From: Hypanus sabinus
Lineage: Eukaryota
Reading direction: 5' to 3'
DNA length: 64,000 nt
NCBI RefSeq assembly: GCF_030144855.1
Contig: NC_082717.1
Location: 5,208,001 to 5,272,000, forward strand
Within the stretch, counting starts at the first letter, position 1. Every line of letters starts with the position of its first letter. The position numbers and the translations under genes are program-made. Shown in pieces: positions 60,690-64,000 of this stretch. A model generated the notes under the pieces. That model made no database searches, had not been told where the DNA came from, and was given only the letters and a program-made list of their open reading frames with translations.

Positions 60690-60861
60690 TCACACCCACA
60701 GCTCACTAATCCTAACTGTACGTCTTCAGTATGAGGGAGGAAAGCCATGTGGTCACAGGGAGAATGTACAAACTCCGCACAGACAGTGGTGGGAACTGAA
60801 CCCCAATCTTACAGCCGGCACTGTAAAGCATTGAGCTGACCACTACTCGACCGTGCTGCCC
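60690..60861 (-). mobile_element. tRNA-derived SINE (HE1-like), 5' part
   Basis: GGGCAGCACGGTCGAGTAGTGG (A-box-like) and GGTTCAGTTCC (B-box-like, 60802-60792). The 3' part of a related SINE lies at about 58770-58970 in the opposite orientation. Confidence 0.65.
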
Positions 60862-61289
60862 TCTGGGCTTGTCATGAGGCCTTTGTTGGTCGGGGTCAAC
60901 CATTGATGTTTTGTCCTAACTGTCTATGCTGTTGTTGTGCAAATGATTCACAAGCCAATATGCAAGCAGGACAGTGTGATATGGAGAGCAAGCTGCTGCC
61001 CGTGTATCAGTCTCCCCATTTCCACACAGCATGTACATGATGTATAGAATGCCTTGGGTTTCCCTTTAATCCTCCTTGTCAAGGACTTTTCATGGCCCTT
61101 CCTGGCTCTCCTCATTCCCTTCTTAAAATCTTCTCCAGATTCTTTATAATTCTCAAGGTCTCTGTTTGATGTTAGCTCCTTACCCATTTCGTACTGGGCC
61201 GATCCATTACCATTTGTAGGATTTTCCTTTCAAAGGGGTTGTGTTTCCATATGTGATATAGCCTGTCAAAATACTCTCCACTACACATC

Positions 61290-62380
61290 TATAGAAGTTT
61301 GCCAAAATGTTTGATATTATGCGGAATCTCTGCAGATTCCTAAGGAAGTAGAGGTGCAGCCATACTTTCCATACAAATGCACTTAATGTGATGGGTACAG
61401 GAGAGGTCCTCTGAAATGATAACAACAAGGAGTTTAAAGTTGCTAGCCACCTCTACCTCTGATCCTCCAATGAAGACCAGCTCATGGACTTCTGGTTTCC
61501 CTCTCCTGAAGGCTACAGTTAATTCTTTGGTCTTGTTGACATTGAGTAGCTGTTATGACACCACTCAGCCAGATTTTCAAACTCCCTCCTGCATGGTGAT
61601 TCGTCACCACCTTTGATACAGCCCACAAGAGCAGAATTGAATATGGTACTGGAGCTGTTCTTAACCACACAGCCATAGGTGTAAAGCGAGCAGAACAGGC
61701 GACTACGCACACTCATGGAGGAGATGCTTTTGCCAATCTGAACTGATTGGTGTCTAGAAATGGGGAAATCTAATTGCAAAAGCTGGTTGTGAGGCCAAGG
61801 ATTGGAGCTTATTGATTACTTTTGAGGGCATGGTGGTATTAAATGCTGAGCTGTAATTGATAAAGGTCATACTGATGTATGCATCTTTGCTGTCCAAATG
61901 TTCCAGGGTTGTGTGAAGAGCCAATGAGACAGCATCTGCTCTGGACATGTTGCTCCTCTCAAAACACTTCATCACTGTGGATGTAAATGTATCTAAGTGG
62001 TAGTTACTGAGACAGGTCAGCACTCTCTTCTTGGGCACTGATATAATTGAAGCCTGCTTGAAGCAGGTGGATGCCACATGCTGCTGAAGCGAGAGGTTAA
62101 AGAGATCGGTGAACACACCAGCCAGCTGGTCACACAGGTTGTCAGTACATGACCAGGTACCCCGTCCATTCCAGATGTTTATTTGGATTTACTCTCCTGA
62201 AGGCTGCCTGCACATCAGCTGCAGATACTGAAATCAAAGGATCATCAGGAGCTGTGGGGGCTCGCATGTACTGATGGCCAAAGTGGGCACAAAGACATTG
62301 AGCTCATCTGGAAGTGATGCCCCACTGTACCCGACCTTGCTTGACTTAACTTTGTAGGAAGTTATAGCATTCACACCCTG
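61290..62380 (-). mobile_element. Rex1/Babar-type non-LTR retrotransposon RT remnant
   Basis: ORF 61754-62116: FTDLFNLSL..CFKQASIISVPKK..DAVSLALHTTLEHLD..FINYSSAFNT. Confidence 0.85.
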
Positions 62381-63659
62381 TCAAGCATCCCTCGATGATC
62401 TCAGTTTGCTCTGGAATTTTGTTTTGCCTGTGAGATCACTTTCCAGAGATCATACCTGCTCCTCTTGTAGCTTCCCTGGTCTCCAGACCTAAATGCATCT
62501 AATCTGGCCATCATCAAATTTCAGATTTCATGGTTCACCCAGAGCTTCTGATTGGTGAAGACTCTGAACTGTTGAAACCCTGCTGGTTTCCTTGGCTGTG
62601 TAAGTCCAGGGAAGACACACTCCAGTCCTGCTAAACCTGTGAGACTGAGACAGCTCTCCCACCCCAAACCCCGGTTTGTGTGGATGCTGTGTAATTTGCC
62701 ACCCTGTTACAGGTCAGTGCCAAGAAACAACAGACAGCACACTGCAAACAATTAAAGGAATTATGTTTATGAATCTTAACTAAGAGGATAGTAAAGAAAA
62801 TAAATAAAAAAACAAAAAAAGGCCCATGGTGATTAAACAGTTAATCATGAACAAGTTGGAGCTCAATTCATTGATCCTCAGTCAACCTTGGCGCCTGGCT
62901 CCATCGAGTCACGATCTCCCCACTGGATCATATCCTAAGACAGTTCTCTCCAGCGTCTTCTCTCTTCACCTCCTGCTGGACAAAGGGCACAGCTCACACT
63001 CCAGAGCACCTGTTATCTCTCACCATAACCCAGCAACTGCTTCTACAGAAAGACCATTATGTTGGCAGTGAAACCTTTCTCAGGTTGTAACACTATTTAC
63101 TGTGGACGCACCCATCTTCAGCTATTTTAATGAAGTCTGTTACAACCTTGATATATTCACTCCGATGCATAGATGAATACTTGAACACGGTTAAAGCCCT
63201 TCCAAGCAATGAGCACATCTGCTGTATATGAAAGGCTATTGTAGGAAAGCAGCATCCATCATCAGGGACCCTCACCATTTAGGCCATACTCTGTTTTTTC
63301 TTGTTGCCATCAGGTAGAAGTTACAAGAGCCTCAGGCTTCAGACCATCAGGTTCAAAAACAGTTGCCATCCCTCCGTCATCAGGCTTTTGATAAAAGGGA
63401 GTAAGTACACTCCCTTGCCCATACTGAGATGCTATCACAATCAGTGATCTCACCTTAAGGACTCTTTATCTTGTTATTTCATGTTCTCATTATTTATTGC
63501 TGTTTAGTTATATTTGCATTTTTTGTCTTCTGCACTCAACTTGATCTTTCATTAATCCTGTTGTAGTGACTATGCAATCGATTTGCTGAGTATTCCTACG
63601 GGAAGTGAATCTCAGGTTTGTATGTAGTGACACATATGTACTCTAATAATAAAATTCGC

Positions 63660-64000
63660 TTTGAATTTTGAACTGAAACCATTAATACACTTCCTCTTTC
63701 TGACTAAATTCACCACTTCTCTGAACATCCAAGGTTCTCATACATTTCCGACATTGACCTTCCTCCTTACTGGAACATCCCTGTCCTGTCTGTGCAGTTC
63801 ATCATTAAACATCCTGCACATGTCTGATGTGGACTTGCCCAAAAACAGCTTTTCCCAATCAACTTTTCCAAGTTCTTGCCTAATGGTCTCGTAATTTGCC
63901 CTTGTGCAGTTCAATACTCTCCCACAAGTTTCATGCTCATCATTATCTATAGTTCTGTTAAAACTTGGAGTTGTGGTCACTGTTCCTTAACTGCTCACCA
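63660..64000 (-). mobile_element. CR1 fragment running off the window end
   Basis: ORF 63738-63980 (RANYETIRQELGKVDW) is homologous to the post-EN region of the other CR1 copies. Confidence 0.8.

Noticed and set aside
1-64000. CRISPR arrays, rRNA or tRNA genes, prokaryotic operon or defence systems
   Set aside because: No repeat-spacer arrays or structured RNA genes were seen. The only tRNA-like sequence is a SINE head, and the DNA is intron- and retroelement-rich vertebrate sequence.

Overview
Repeat-dense vertebrate genomic DNA, most likely from a cartilaginous fish (ray/shark). This is inferred from the CR1, Penelope, Rex1 and tRNA-SINE content and from the type of Ig V domains. Most of the 64 kb is degenerate transposable elements. 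One multi-exon gene lies on the minus strand (about 39104 to 297); the ORF track misses most of it because the exons are small. Hand-assembly from GT-AG splice sites in consistent phases gives: leader (39104-39056), VJ-type Ig exon 1 (12278-11937), VJ-type Ig exon 2 (8852-8505), an uncharged transmembrane exon (3676-3557), and cytoplasmic exons (3391-3318, 2278-2234, 2143-2101, possibly 325-297). The product is a type I membrane protein of about 342-349 aa. It has two germline-joined, antigen-receptor-like V-J domains, no RSS and no C1 domain. Its tail carries a YEN motif and a canonical ITAM (YMAL-x7-YGHL) split by a phase-0 intron. A third, frameshifted V exon paralogous to VJ1 (5056 to about 4750) stops exactly at the V/J boundary. 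I do not recognise this gene and give no symbol. It is best described as a candidate non-rearranging, self-signalling innate immune receptor built from Ig-light-chain-like VJ domains. All exon calls are manual and lack transcript support. TE boundaries are approximate unless a target-site duplication is quoted.
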